Shown: piece by piece, positions 1-9,228 of the stretch
Layout: each line of letters opens with the position of its first letter
Numbering within the stretch: position 1 is the first letter of the stretch
Origin: a virus
Length of the DNA: 64,000 nt
IMG/VR virus record: IMGVR_UViG_3300027708_000057
Location: 10,354 to 74,353 of that record
Reading direction: 5' to 3' (one strand)
Notes under the pieces: generated by a model
Databases searched by the model: none
Told to the model about the DNA's origin: nothing
The model's input: only the letters and a program-made list of their open reading frames with translations
Position numbers and translations under genes: made by a program

Positions 1-207
1 AATGGTGAAAAAGTTGAAGCTAAAGAATTAGTAGTTGGTAGTTCTCTTGCAACATATAATACTGAAGATACTAATAATCTTCATATAGTTGAAACTATTG
101 AGTTTGTTCCTAATAAGATTGATGTTGGTACTCTTACTATTGATGAACATCATGAACATCATGACTATCATAACTTCGCTTTAAGTTCTGGTATATTTGT
201 AATGAAT
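1..207 (+). mobile_element. C-terminal part of a mini-intein in the portal
   Basis: Translates NGEKVEAKELVVGSSL...DVGTLTIDEHHEHHDYHNFALSSGIFVMN, followed by Ser(+1) and resumption of gp20 sequence (SKGTEITTLPGG). Confidence 0.85.
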
Positions 208-882
208 TCCAAAGGTACAGAAATCACCACACTTCCCGGCGGAGAGAATCTTTCCGAAATTGCTGATATTAATTTTTTCCAAAAGAAGTTATATCGGTCT
301 CTTAATGTACCATCTGCTCGACTTGAAGCTGATTCATTATTTGTATCTGGTCGTTCATCGGAAATTTCAAGAGAGGAAGTAAAGTTTCAAAAGTTTATTT
401 CAAGACTTCGCAAAAAGTTTTCCATAATGTTTTCAGATATGTTGCGAGTACAGTGTATCCTTAAAGGGATTATCACTTTAAAAGATTGGCCAGCAATTCG
501 AGAATGTATGGGCGTTGACTTTATTGAAGATAATTTTTATTCCGAACTTAAAGATTCTGAGATTCTCAGAAATAGATTAGAAGTACTCGAATTGATTCAA
601 CCTAGTATAGGAATATATTATTCTAACAAATGGATTCGTTCAAATGTTCTGAATATGTCTGAGCATGATGTTATTCGTATGCAAGAAGAAATGGATGAAG
701 AGAAAGCAGCTGAAGAAAAAACTCCAACAGAAGAAGAACCTTCCAGCGAGGAAGAAAAATCTGTTCCAGAAGAAGAACCAGAAGCCGAAGTTCCTGCATC
801 TGAGGAAGAAGAACCATCTCCAGAAGGAGAAGAAGAGAAGCCTGGAAAAGAATGGTCAATTAATATGAATAAGAGAGCATAA
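1..882 (+). CDS. gp20: T4-like portal protein gp20, 3' part (5'-truncated, intein-containing)
   Basis: Frame 1 is open from base 1. gp20 motifs KGTEITTLPGGENL, FQKKLYRSLNVP and EISREEVKFQKFISRLR are present, followed by an acidic C-terminal tail. The gene precedes gp67/21/22/23. Confidence 0.95.
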   Translation, partial: NGEKVEAKELVVGSSLATYNTEDTNNLHIVETIEFVPNKIDVGTLTIDEHHEHHDYHNFALSSGIFVMNSKGTEITTLPGGENLSEIADINFFQKKLYRSLNVPSARLEADSLFVSGRSSEISREEVKFQKFISRLRKKFSIMFSDMLRVQCILKGIITLKDWPAIRECMGVDFIEDNFYSELKDSEILRNRLEVLELIQPSIGIYYSNKWIRSNVLNMSEHDVIRMQEEMDEEKAAEEKTPTEEEPSSEEEKSVPEEEPEAEVPASEEEEPSPEGEEEKPGKEWSINMNKRA

Positions 883-908
883 AATTCTAAATTATTTTAT
901 TTACAAAC

Positions 909-916
909 TATAAATA
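909..916 (+). promoter_or_regulatory. T4-type late promoter TATAAATA
   Basis: Exact consensus 5 nt upstream of ORF 922. The gp55 late sigma factor is encoded in the window. Confidence 0.8.
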
Positions 917-921
917 CAAAT

Positions 922-1341
922 ATGATTGAAAACTTTTTAAATAATCTTGCTTCTGATAATACAGAAAAGACGGATGCATCATTCAATAACCTTATTATGA
1001 CCAAGGTTAATACTGTTCTTGATATTAGTCGAATCGAGTTGACTTCTGATATCTTTAATAAGCAAAAGAGTGTGTCTGAATCTGCAGATGATGCTTATAA
1101 ATGTGCTCTTGCACAAGAACAATCTAATCCACGATTTGTAGAATCTCAAGATATTATTGCTCAAGGACTTACTCCTACTCAAGCTCAAGCGTTTGATAGT
1201 ATGATTTCTCAATGGGTTATTACTGGTGGAAATCTTCAACAACTACTTCGAAATTTCTATCAAAAACTTTTACTTTCCGGTAATAATATATCAAATCCTC
1301 GTATGCAAAAGGCTTTGGCATTTGTTCTCGATAAACTATAA
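922..1341 (+). CDS. gp67-like prohead core protein paralog 1 with C-terminal extension
   Basis: Lies between gp20 and gp21. Its ~47-aa N-terminal helical motif (NLIMTKVNTVLDISRIEL) is shared with the next two ORFs. Confidence 0.6.
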   Translation: MIENFLNNLASDNTEKTDASFNNLIMTKVNTVLDISRIELTSDIFNKQKSVSESADDAYKCALAQEQSNPRFVESQDIIAQGLTPTQAQAFDSMISQWVITGGNLQQLLRNFYQKLLLSGNNISNPRMQKALAFVLDKL

Positions 1342-1347
1342 AATCTT

Positions 1348-1776
1348 ATGATTAAAAAATTCATTAAACTTATATCGGAAGATAATAAATTTGCAAAAGA
1401 TGCAATGCTTACTAATATTATTATGACTAAAGTCAATACGGCCCTTGATATTAAACGGATTGAAATGGCTGTTAGTGTATATAATGAATCGATGGAGGAT
1501 GATATAGCTTTTGGTAAGCAAGAATTTCTAAAATTAAACCTTAAAGTGGGAGCTCATACTAATGTAGGCGATTTTATTAAGTCAGATGATGATGCTGCTT
1601 ATTTTATGAATGGTCCAAATAGGAAAACTATACCATTTGGAGCAAAAGTTATTGGTGGTAAATCTACTTTTTCTAATATCCGGGTATTAACTGATATAGA
1701 ATGGGAAGAAAAACAGCAAACTCATACAGATACAATGCAAGCTCATGTGAATAGAACTCCCAAACGTATTGACTAA
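1348..1776 (+). CDS. gp67-like prohead core protein paralog 2
   Basis: N-terminus NIIMTKVNTALDIKRIEM matches paralog 1. The C-terminal domain is unrelated. Confidence 0.6.
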   Translation: MIKKFIKLISEDNKFAKDAMLTNIIMTKVNTALDIKRIEMAVSVYNESMEDDIAFGKQEFLKLNLKVGAHTNVGDFIKSDDDAAYFMNGPNRKTIPFGAKVIGGKSTFSNIRVLTDIEWEEKQQTHTDTMQAHVNRTPKRID

Positions 1777-2759
1777 TGATAAAATCTTTCTTAAATTACA
1801 TAGCAGATGATAATACTGAATTGAGCAATTCAACTCTTCATAAATTAATTAGGAAGAAGGTGAATGAATCTATCTTAGATAAAAAAGTAGAATTATCTGT
1901 TGATATTTTAAATGAAAATCCGGTAACTGATAAAGTAAAAATATTAGGTAAAGCTGGACTATATCCAAAAGATGATGAACTTGATATATTACGCAGTATA
2001 AACATTATTTCTAACGGTGGAGACCTTTCAACCATTCAAAGAAAAAAGGCTTATAATCTTTTACTTAAACTTATTGAAATTGATACAAGTTCAGATCTTT
2101 TTATTAAGATAAAACAACATCTAGAAAATGATCAAGTTAAGTTAGGGGAGAATATAATGAGAAACGAATCTATTGAAAATCCATCCATAGTTGATACTAT
2201 TGAAAATGATTCAACAAAAAAGAAATCTAGTATAGATGCTATCTTTAAAAAATTAAGAGGCAAAGATTCTGAATTAACAATGCTTGATTATAACAGATTA
2301 CATGATTTATTTTATGATGGAGATGGATCTGATAAAAATTGGTCTGATACAAAGAAAAAATTAAAGGCTATCCTTGCTGATTATTCTGAAGATGAAGAGA
2401 TTCCAGATTTAATTCAATCTTTGACTGCTGCTATTAATAAAGGAGCTAAACTTGTAATATCTCCTGAAAAGGATAATGAAGATAAAATTACTCTTGTAAA
2501 TAAGCTTGGCAATAAACTTGAGATAATTAAAGAACTTGAAGGTAAACTTGAGCCATTAGATTATGAGGATGTGTATAACATATTCTTTAGAAATAAAGCT
2601 GATATGGAAGCCGGAAAAGAAATATTGATTAGGTTAATCGCGCAATATAAAGAAAATGAAGAGGCTACAACAGTATTAAATAAATTAGCTCCAATGTTAG
2701 GAATTAAATCTAAAGAATCTCCGGAAATTGCGCCTGAGGAAGATGAAGATGAGGAATAA
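1776..2759 (+). CDS. gp67-like paralog 3 with additional helical domains (probable prohead core/internal protein)
   Basis: N-terminus KLIRKKVNESILDKKVEL. Carries a domain shared with gp22, an internal repeat (LDYNRLHDLFY / LDYEDVYNIFF) and an acidic tail. Confidence 0.55.
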   Translation: MIKSFLNYIADDNTELSNSTLHKLIRKKVNESILDKKVELSVDILNENPVTDKVKILGKAGLYPKDDELDILRSINIISNGGDLSTIQRKKAYNLLLKLIEIDTSSDLFIKIKQHLENDQVKLGENIMRNESIENPSIVDTIENDSTKKKSSIDAIFKKLRGKDSELTMLDYNRLHDLFYDGDGSDKNWSDTKKKLKAILADYSEDEEIPDLIQSLTAAINKGAKLVISPEKDNEDKITLVNKLGNKLEIIKELEGKLEPLDYEDVYNIFFRNKADMEAGKEILIRLIAQYKENEEATTVLNKLAPMLGIKSKESPEIAPEEDEDEE

Positions 2760-2781
2760 ATGCAGAAAAACATGCTAAAAC

Positions 2782-2831
2782 TATAAATAGAATTGTAATA
2801 AGTGCTTGAAAATGAGCACAAAATATAAATA
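2782..2831 (+). promoter_or_regulatory. two tandem late promoters TATAAATA (2782-2789, 2824-2831)
   Basis: Exact consensus twice, directly upstream of gp21. Confidence 0.8.
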
Positions 2832-2836
2832 AACAC

Positions 2837-3499
2837 ATGCTTTTAATAACAGAAACTCTTGATTCTACTGTAAACCACATAACCGAAATGAATGGTTCTG
2901 GAGGTCAGAATCATTATATCACTGGCTGCTATATGCAGAGTGAGGTTGAGAATCGTAATAGACGCATTTATCCACGACAGATTCTTGAAAGAGCTGTTAC
3001 AAAATATATTGATGAATATGTAAGTAAAGGCCGGGCAATTTCTGAGTTGGCTCATCCGTCTGGGCCTGCTATTAATCTTGATAAAGTATCGCATCGAATT
3101 ACTGAACTCGCTTGGGTTGGTAATGATGTTATGGGTAAGGCTTTGATTCTTAATACTCCCATGGGTCTTATCGTAAAAGGTCTGCTTGATGGTGGTTGTA
3201 AGCTTGGTGTATCTTCTCGCGGATTGGGAACGGTTTCTTCTCGTAATGGTAAGACTTATGTTAATGATGATTATGCTCTTACAGCAATTGATATTGTTCA
3301 AGATCCATCGGCTCCTGCTGCATTTGTTAATGGTATAATGGAAATGACAGAATACTTCTATGACACCAATACAGATATTGTGGCAGAAACTTCTGAAAAA
3401 TATAAGAAGTTCATGAAAAATTTAAGTTCGCCTCAATTGGTTGAACAACAGACTAAATTGTTTGCTCAATTTTTAAATGAGATAAACATAAAACTTTAA
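2837..3499 (+). CDS. gp21: prohead protease gp21
   Basis: NRNRRIYP, ELAHP (His), LGVSSRGLG (Ser) and DIVQDPSAP motifs. Confidence 0.97.
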   Translation: MLLITETLDSTVNHITEMNGSGGQNHYITGCYMQSEVENRNRRIYPRQILERAVTKYIDEYVSKGRAISELAHPSGPAINLDKVSHRITELAWVGNDVMGKALILNTPMGLIVKGLLDGGCKLGVSSRGLGTVSSRNGKTYVNDDYALTAIDIVQDPSAPAAFVNGIMEMTEYFYDTNTDIVAETSEKYKKFMKNLSSPQLVEQQTKLFAQFLNEINIKL

Positions 3500-3627
3500 C
3501 TATGGAGACCAACGTTGTTGTGAAGTGAATATTGGTATGGAACTAGTGAAAATAAACATGAGACTGAAAGCTAAAGAAATTGTTCTTTAATTTCCTCTCC
3601 AACTCAAACAAACAAAAGTAATAAAAT

Positions 3628-5019
3628 ATGAAGCATAAAACAAATATTGAAGACGAGGATACCATTGAAGATATCTCCGAAAATACATTACTTTCTCTTG
3701 ATGAGCTTGCAGGAATTGCAAAGGCAATTGCGGAAGCCAAAGGTAAGAAGAAAGATGATAAAGATAGTGATGAGGAAATAGATGCAAAGCTTGGTCCTAA
3801 GGATGAAGCTAAAAAGTCTAAGTCTAAAAAGATTACATCTGACGAAGATGAAGATAATTCAGATGATGAAGATGATGAAGATGAAGAAAATTCAGATGAT
3901 GAAGATGAAGAAAATTCAGATGATGAAGATGATGAAGATGATGAAGATGACGAGAATTTAAATGAAGATGAAGAAAATTCAGATGATGAAGAAGAAGCTG
4001 AAAAAACTAAACAGTTGAAGCAAACTGGTTTGTTTAGTGATGCTGATATTAAGAAAGTCATTATTACCCTTAAACTAATTAAGGATGAGGAAGAAGTTAG
4101 CCAAGAACAAAAAGACTTGGTTGTTTCAGTATTTCTCAAATTAGTTGGTTTAGTTACTGGTGATGAAGATGTATTCGAAAAGCTTAAAAAAACTATAAAG
4201 AGTGCCGAAGAAAATTCAGAAAACAAGAAGTCTAAGAAAGAAGAATCCATCAAAGTTGATCATTCTGATATCACTCGTCTAGTTGAATCTGAAGAAGGTC
4301 TTACAGAAGAATTCAAGGAACGTGCTACTATTATTTTTGAAGCAGCAGTTCTTTCTAAGGTTTCTGAAATTAGATCTAATCTTGAAGAAGAATATGAAAC
4401 TCGTTTGAGTGAAGAAACTGAAACTATTAAAGATAATCTCATTGAAAAGATTGATAATTATCTCACTTATGCAGTTGAGGCTTGGGTAGAAGAAAACAAA
4501 GTCGCCATTGAATCAAGTTTGCGTACTGAAATTGCAGAGAACTTCATTACTTCTTTAAAATCTGTATTCGTCGAACATTATATTGAAGTGCCTGAAAGTA
4601 AGGTTGATCTGTTTGCTAATCTAGAAGCAGAAGTAATCAAGCTTAAAAAAGATGTACGTGAAGCTGAACGAATTTCTGAATCCTTAGCCGCCGGAGTAAT
4701 CACTCTGACCCGCGAAAAGATTATGCAGGAATCATTCTCTGATCTTGCTGATACACAGGTAGAAAAACTAAAGTCACTTGTCGAAGACGTTGAGTTTGTT
4801 AATGCATCTTCTTACAAAAAGAAGATTGATACAATTAAGAAATTCTATATTACCGGATTAGATAATGACACAGAAACATTGCACGAAGACTACGATGATA
4901 ATGCATATGTTAGTACTGAAACCATTGTAGAAAATGAAACCATGGATGAAGATTACGTATCTCCAATCATGTCAAGATATTTAACCGCTATCTCACGTTC
5001 AGCTAAGGCTGCAAGCTAA
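3628..5019 (+). CDS. gp22: prohead scaffold protein gp22 with long acidic N-terminal extension
   Basis: EEFKERATIIFEAAV, IDNYLTYAVEAWVEENKVAIE, FVEHYIEVP and C-terminal MSRYLTAISR. Lies between gp21 and gp23. Confidence 0.95.
   Translation: MKHKTNIEDEDTIEDISENTLLSLDELAGIAKAIAEAKGKKKDDKDSDEEIDAKLGPKDEAKKSKSKKITSDEDEDNSDDEDDEDEENSDDEDEENSDDEDDEDDEDDENLNEDEENSDDEEEAEKTKQLKQTGLFSDADIKKVIITLKLIKDEEEVSQEQKDLVVSVFLKLVGLVTGDEDVFEKLKKTIKSAEENSENKKSKKEESIKVDHSDITRLVESEEGLTEEFKERATIIFEAAVLSKVSEIRSNLEEEYETRLSEETETIKDNLIEKIDNYLTYAVEAWVEENKVAIESSLRTEIAENFITSLKSVFVEHYIEVPESKVDLFANLEAEVIKLKKDVREAERISESLAAGVITLTREKIMQESFSDLADTQVEKLKSLVEDVEFVNASSYKKKIDTIKKFYITGLDNDTETLHEDYDDNAYVSTETIVENETMDEDYVSPIMSRYLTAISRSAKAAS
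3840..3995 (+). repeat. low-complexity Asp/Glu tandem repeat (EDEENSDD) in gp22
   Basis: Repeated gaagatgaagaaaattcagatgat and gatgaagat units. Confidence 0.85.
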
Positions 5020-5077
5020 AGCAACATGAAATAAGGTTCTAACCAAAACAACAACAACAACAAAATAGAATAAAAAT

Positions 5078-6493
5078 ATGTTCAACTCAGAACAACTCGA
5101 AAAGAAGTGGGCTCCTGTACTAGAAACTCGTGATGCTCCAAAGTTCAAGGATAACTATCGTCGTGCTATCACTGCGGTTCTCCTAGAAAATCAAGAAAAG
5201 GCGATGCATGAAGAAAATTCGGCATCTAATTTCCTCAACGAAAGTAATACTATCGGTGGTTCAGCTATCGGTGGTGGTACTGGTGCAGTTAAGACTTGGG
5301 ACCCTGTCCTTATTAGTCTTGTGCGTCGCGCAATGCCAAACATTGTTGCGTATGATATTGCTGGCGTTCAGCCAATGACCATGCCTACTGGCTTGATCTT
5401 TGCTATGCGTTCTCAATACCAAGATAAAGACGGTGCTAATACAGTTGAAGCATTGTATAACACTCCTGATACTAGTTTCTCTGGTGATGACCAAGTTGGT
5501 GGCCGTCAAGGTCTTACTACTGCTATTGGTGAAACTCTATCTGGCAACTCAGCTTCTAATACAACAACATGGGTCGATCCAAATGCTGCTAATGGATATC
5601 GTACAGATGGTGGTACTGCTGCAACATATAACCTCGGTCAAACTAATGGTGCTAGCGGCGGCGCTGCTGGTGGTTTCGGTCAAATGGGTTTCACTGTCGA
5701 TAAAACAACTGTTACTGCTAAGACTCGCGCCCTTAAGGCTGAGTACACAATGGAATTGGCCCAAGACCTTAAGGCCGTTCACGGTCTTGATGCTGAAGCT
5801 GAACTTGCTAACATCCTATCGGTTGAAATCCTTGCAGAAATTAATCGCGAAGTACTTAGCACTGTTAATGCCAAAGCAAAGCTTGGTGGTATTATCTCCA
5901 ATGGAACTCCTTCTGGCTACTTCGATATCAATGAAGATGCAGATGGTCGCTGGGCCGTTGAAAAATTCAAGTCATTAATCTATCAGATTGAGCTTGAAGC
6001 TAATGCAGTCGCCAAAGCAACACGTAGAGGGAAAGGTAACATTGTTATCTGTTCATCTAATGTAGCCTCAGCACTTGCTGCCGCTGGTGTTATGGACTAT
6101 GCTCCTGCTATGTCAACCAACTTGAATGTTGATGATACTGGTAATGTATTCACAGGTATGATCAATGGTCGTCTCAAGGTGTTCATTGACCCATATGCTG
6201 ATACTGATTATATCAATGTTGGTTATCGTGGTTCTAATGCATATGATGCAGGTATCTTTTACTGCCCATATGTCCCTCTAACCATGGTGCGTGCCGTCAA
6301 TCCTGAAACCTTTCAACCAAAGATCGGCTTTAAGACACGTTATGGTCTTGTTGCCAATCCTTTCGCTGGTGGTGCAGCTTCAACTGAAACTGGTGCTAAT
6401 CGCGCCAACCCTTACTTCCGTATCTTCGGAGTAACTGGTCTTGGTCAAGGTTCTGATATTCCTACTGGCCGTAGTAACAAATACGGTTACTAA
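5078..6493 (+). CDS. gp23: major capsid protein gp23
   Basis: WDPVLISLVRRAMP, GVQPMTMPTGLIFAMR, KTRALKAEYTMELAQDLKAVHGLDAE, FYCPYVPL and FQPKIGFKTRYG. Confidence 0.99.
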   Translation: MFNSEQLEKKWAPVLETRDAPKFKDNYRRAITAVLLENQEKAMHEENSASNFLNESNTIGGSAIGGGTGAVKTWDPVLISLVRRAMPNIVAYDIAGVQPMTMPTGLIFAMRSQYQDKDGANTVEALYNTPDTSFSGDDQVGGRQGLTTAIGETLSGNSASNTTTWVDPNAANGYRTDGGTAATYNLGQTNGASGGAAGGFGQMGFTVDKTTVTAKTRALKAEYTMELAQDLKAVHGLDAEAELANILSVEILAEINREVLSTVNAKAKLGGIISNGTPSGYFDINEDADGRWAVEKFKSLIYQIELEANAVAKATRRGKGNIVICSSNVASALAAAGVMDYAPAMSTNLNVDDTGNVFTGMINGRLKVFIDPYADTDYINVGYRGSNAYDAGIFYCPYVPLTMVRAVNPETFQPKIGFKTRYGLVANPFAGGAASTETGANRANPYFRIFGVTGLGQGSDIPTGRSNKYGY

Positions 6494-6545
6494 GCTAATT
6501 AGTAACAGATTATATTTCTAAAGTATAATCTGATTACGAAAATTC

Positions 6546-6582
6546 AAAGGGTCTCCTGTAAAAAGGAGATCCTTTTTTGTTT
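6546..6582 (+). terminator. rho-independent terminator after gp23
   Basis: aaagggtctcc-tgtaaaaa-ggagatccttt stem followed by a T run. Confidence 0.85.
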
Positions 6583-6676
6583 TATAATATCGGAAATTCA
6601 TATAGGTTAATTCTATGAGGAATTGGAAGATAATCAAGTTTAGATGTGCAATCAAGAAATTCGTTCCAATATACAT

Positions 6677-6716
6677 GAGCTTATAGTTACAATTTTTAAT
6701 AAAAATTGTAACTATT
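6677..6716 (+). mobile_element. collapsed remnant of the tnpB-element right end (perfect palindrome)
   Basis: gagcttatagt...aataaaaattgtaactat matches the 3' ends of both tnpB copies. It forms the inverted repeat atagttacaattttt-aat-aaaaattgtaactat. Confidence 0.6.
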
Positions 6717-6782
6717 CATATATGATGTTCTTATGTTTTATTCATTATAGAGCAAAGAATAATTTAATAAAGACTTATCATA

Positions 6783-6790
6783 TATAAATA
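6783..6790 (+). promoter_or_regulatory. late promoter TATAAATA
   Basis: Exact consensus 7 nt upstream of ORF 6798. Confidence 0.8.
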
Positions 6791-6797
6791 ATACCAT

Positions 6798-8651
6798 ATG
6801 ATATCATTTCGCCAATTTATTTCCGAAGATGTAGCTTCTCAAGAACGTCAAGCTCTTAACATTCTTAATAGAAACCATATTAAAGATCCTGAAGACGTTT
6901 TTAATGATCTTAAAGCTATTACCGAACCATATCAGGCCGGTGATAATATAACAAGACCTGCAAGAAATCAAGCTCATCTTCCTAAACTTGCTGAATTTCT
7001 TTCGAAAGGAAAAATTAAGATTAACACTTTAAAGGCCTATTATGATAGGTATATTAAGAATCCAAAATTAAATAAGACGGCAATAGTTAACTTTAAAGAC
7101 TTTAGAGAGTTTGAACAATTTGTTGATGAAAATGAGGTAGTTAAGATGTCAGATCATGATTCTAGAAATAATAAAATTTCCGAAAAGAATGCTATCTATC
7201 ATGATAGCGAAATAGATGTTTATCTTGGAGACACCAAGCAAGCCTGTATGCTTTATGGGCAAGGATCTAAGTTTAATTTATGTATTTCCAGAAATGATTC
7301 TAGTAATCTATTTCATGATTATAGATGGAAACATGAACTTACTACTTACTTTGTATACTTTAAAGAAGCCGGGGTTAATAATCCTAATTTTATTATCGTA
7401 GATGCTTCTAAAAAATCTCCTAAAACGTTTAGCTATAATATAATCAAACCTAATTCTGATAAAAATATATCAAAGGAAAATCTTATTACGAAATTCCCGC
7501 AATTAAAAACCGCAATGGAAAAGGGTATCTTTAAACATAAGAAAATTGAAGGAGATGAAAAGAAATATTATATAAAATATCATGGTAAATCTATTACAGA
7601 TTTTTCAACTCTAGATGATAGAATTAACTTTATTGAAATGGGGGAAGAAATTGAAGGTAATCAATGGTCTAAATTAGGAGATATGGTTCCTAAACTGTTA
7701 CCTTATTATATTGAAATCGGACATGATATTCCAAAGGAAGTACTTGATAAGAATACATCTTTTAAAAAACGATATGAACAAAAGTTACAACAAAGAGTTC
7801 AAATGAATCTTGATGATAATACTGATCTTGATGATTATACAAAAGATGAACTAGAATATGCTTTAAGAAATAATGATAGGGTAAAAGATAAGATAAAGCA
7901 GATAAGCAAACTAGAAGAACTTAAAATAAGAAACGAACTAGTTAATGGGATATATAAAGGAGATATAAGAATTAAATCTAAATATATATTACCAAATCTA
8001 TCTGATATTGTAGTTAGTGGAGATTTTTATTGTCCTTATAATAAACTTACATCTTTAGAAGGAGCTCCTAAAGAAGTTGGTGGAGATTTTAATTGTTCTA
8101 GTAATAAACTTACATCTTTAGAAGGAGCTCCTAAAGAAGTTGGTGGAGATTTTTATTGTGATAATAATAACCTTACATCTTTAGAAGGAGCTCCTAAAGA
8201 AGTTGGTGGAGATTTTTATTGTTCTAGTAATAAACTTACATCTTTAGAAGGGGGTCCAAAAGAAGTTGGTGGATATTTTAATTGTGATAATAATAACCTT
8301 ACATCTTTAGAAGGGGGTCCAAAAGAAGTTGGTGGATATTTTAATTGTTCTGATAATAAACTTACTTCTTTAGAAGGATCTCCGCAAAAAGTTGGTGGAT
8401 ATTTTAATTGTTCTGATAATAAACTTACTTCTTTAGAAGGATCTCCGCAAAAAGTTGGTGGATATTTTAATTGTTCTGATAATAAACTTACATCTTTAGA
8501 AGGAGCTCCTAAAGAAGTTGGTGGAGATTTTAATTGTTCTGATAATAAACTTACATCTTTAGAAGGAGCTCCTAAAGAAGTTGGTAGAGATTTTTATTGT
8601 TCTAATAATCTAGTCAAATTAGACTATAAAGCATGGTTGACAAAACAATAA
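6798..8651 (+). CDS. late protein with C-terminal leucine-rich-repeat array; possibly head-packaged
   Basis: Nine 21-aa repeats GxFxCxxNxLTSLEGxPxxVG plus a cap. N-terminus MISFRQFISE resembles the T4 capsid-targeting sequence. Confidence 0.8.
   Translation: MISFRQFISEDVASQERQALNILNRNHIKDPEDVFNDLKAITEPYQAGDNITRPARNQAHLPKLAEFLSKGKIKINTLKAYYDRYIKNPKLNKTAIVNFKDFREFEQFVDENEVVKMSDHDSRNNKISEKNAIYHDSEIDVYLGDTKQACMLYGQGSKFNLCISRNDSSNLFHDYRWKHELTTYFVYFKEAGVNNPNFIIVDASKKSPKTFSYNIIKPNSDKNISKENLITKFPQLKTAMEKGIFKHKKIEGDEKKYYIKYHGKSITDFSTLDDRINFIEMGEEIEGNQWSKLGDMVPKLLPYYIEIGHDIPKEVLDKNTSFKKRYEQKLQQRVQMNLDDNTDLDDYTKDELEYALRNNDRVKDKIKQISKLEELKIRNELVNGIYKGDIRIKSKYILPNLSDIVVSGDFYCPYNKLTSLEGAPKEVGGDFNCSSNKLTSLEGAPKEVGGDFYCDNNNLTSLEGAPKEVGGDFYCSSNKLTSLEGGPKEVGGYFNCDNNNLTSLEGGPKEVGGYFNCSDNKLTSLEGSPQKVGGYFNCSDNKLTSLEGSPQKVGGYFNCSDNKLTSLEGAPKEVGGDFNCSDNKLTSLEGAPKEVGRDFYCSNNLVKLDYKAWLTKQ
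8019..8585 (+). repeat. 9 x 63-bp coding tandem repeat (LRR copy 1)
   Basis: Unit gga-NNt-ttt-Nat-tgt-NNt-NNt-aat-aaM-ctt-acW-tct-tta-gaa-gg...gtt-ggt. Confidence 0.97.
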
Positions 8652-8658
8652 TCTTATT

Positions 8659-9108
8659 ATGAATAATAATCTTCTTCCACTTACAGGGTTCAAACTATCC
8701 GTTGGCACAGACCAATTTAAACATCTCCGACACTTTGCTGTATCGGCTAATATGCCCGGTTGTAATATTGGAGAAGTATCTACGACATACCGAAATTTAT
8801 CCGGGTATGTTCCATCTGATCATATATCGTATGATTCTTTGAATATTCGGTTTGCCGTCGATGAAAGTATGGTTGTATATGATGAAGTATTCCAATGGTT
8901 ATCATCATGTACATCCTCTAATGTAATACCTGTACATGATATTGTCTTAAACTTTTTAACAAGTAAATTTAATATATCCCGAAGTGTAAGCTTTAGTAAT
9001 GTATTTCCATCAAGTATTTCGGGTATTAATTTTGATGTACAAAATACCGAAGTTGAGTATGCTTATATCGATGTTATATTTAGATATGACAATTTTGTGT
9101 TTGTATAA
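8659..9108 (+). CDS. gp3: tail tube terminator / tail completion protein gp3-like
   Basis: NLLPLTGFKL, SANMPG, YDSLNIRFAVDE, FSNVFPSSISGINF and FRYD. Follows gp23 as in many T4-like phages. Confidence 0.8.
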   Translation: MNNNLLPLTGFKLSVGTDQFKHLRHFAVSANMPGCNIGEVSTTYRNLSGYVPSDHISYDSLNIRFAVDESMVVYDEVFQWLSSCTSSNVIPVHDIVLNFLTSKFNISRSVSFSNVFPSSISGINFDVQNTEVEYAYIDVIFRYDNFVFV

Positions 9109-9128
9109 CAAATTATCTGACATAATCG

Positions 9129-9176
9129 AAAACCCCCCTCATTACTTTTTATGGTAATGAGGGGGTTTTATTTTTA
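9129..9176. terminator. bidirectional terminator between convergent modules
   Basis: aaaacccccctcattac-tttttatg-gtaatgagggggtttt. Confidence 0.85.
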
Positions 9177-9228
9177 TTGTAATTATATATTATTCAGATT
9201 CTAAATAGCGATAAGGATCAACAAATAT

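Noticed and set aside
3543-4253. Ser-rich antisense ORF and the many other short opposite-strand ORFs in the track
   Set aside because: Shadows of the acidic gp22 repeat or of other well-supported genes.
8019-8585. CRISPR array
   Set aside because: The 63-bp units are contiguous in-frame coding repeats with no unique spacers, and no cas genes are present.
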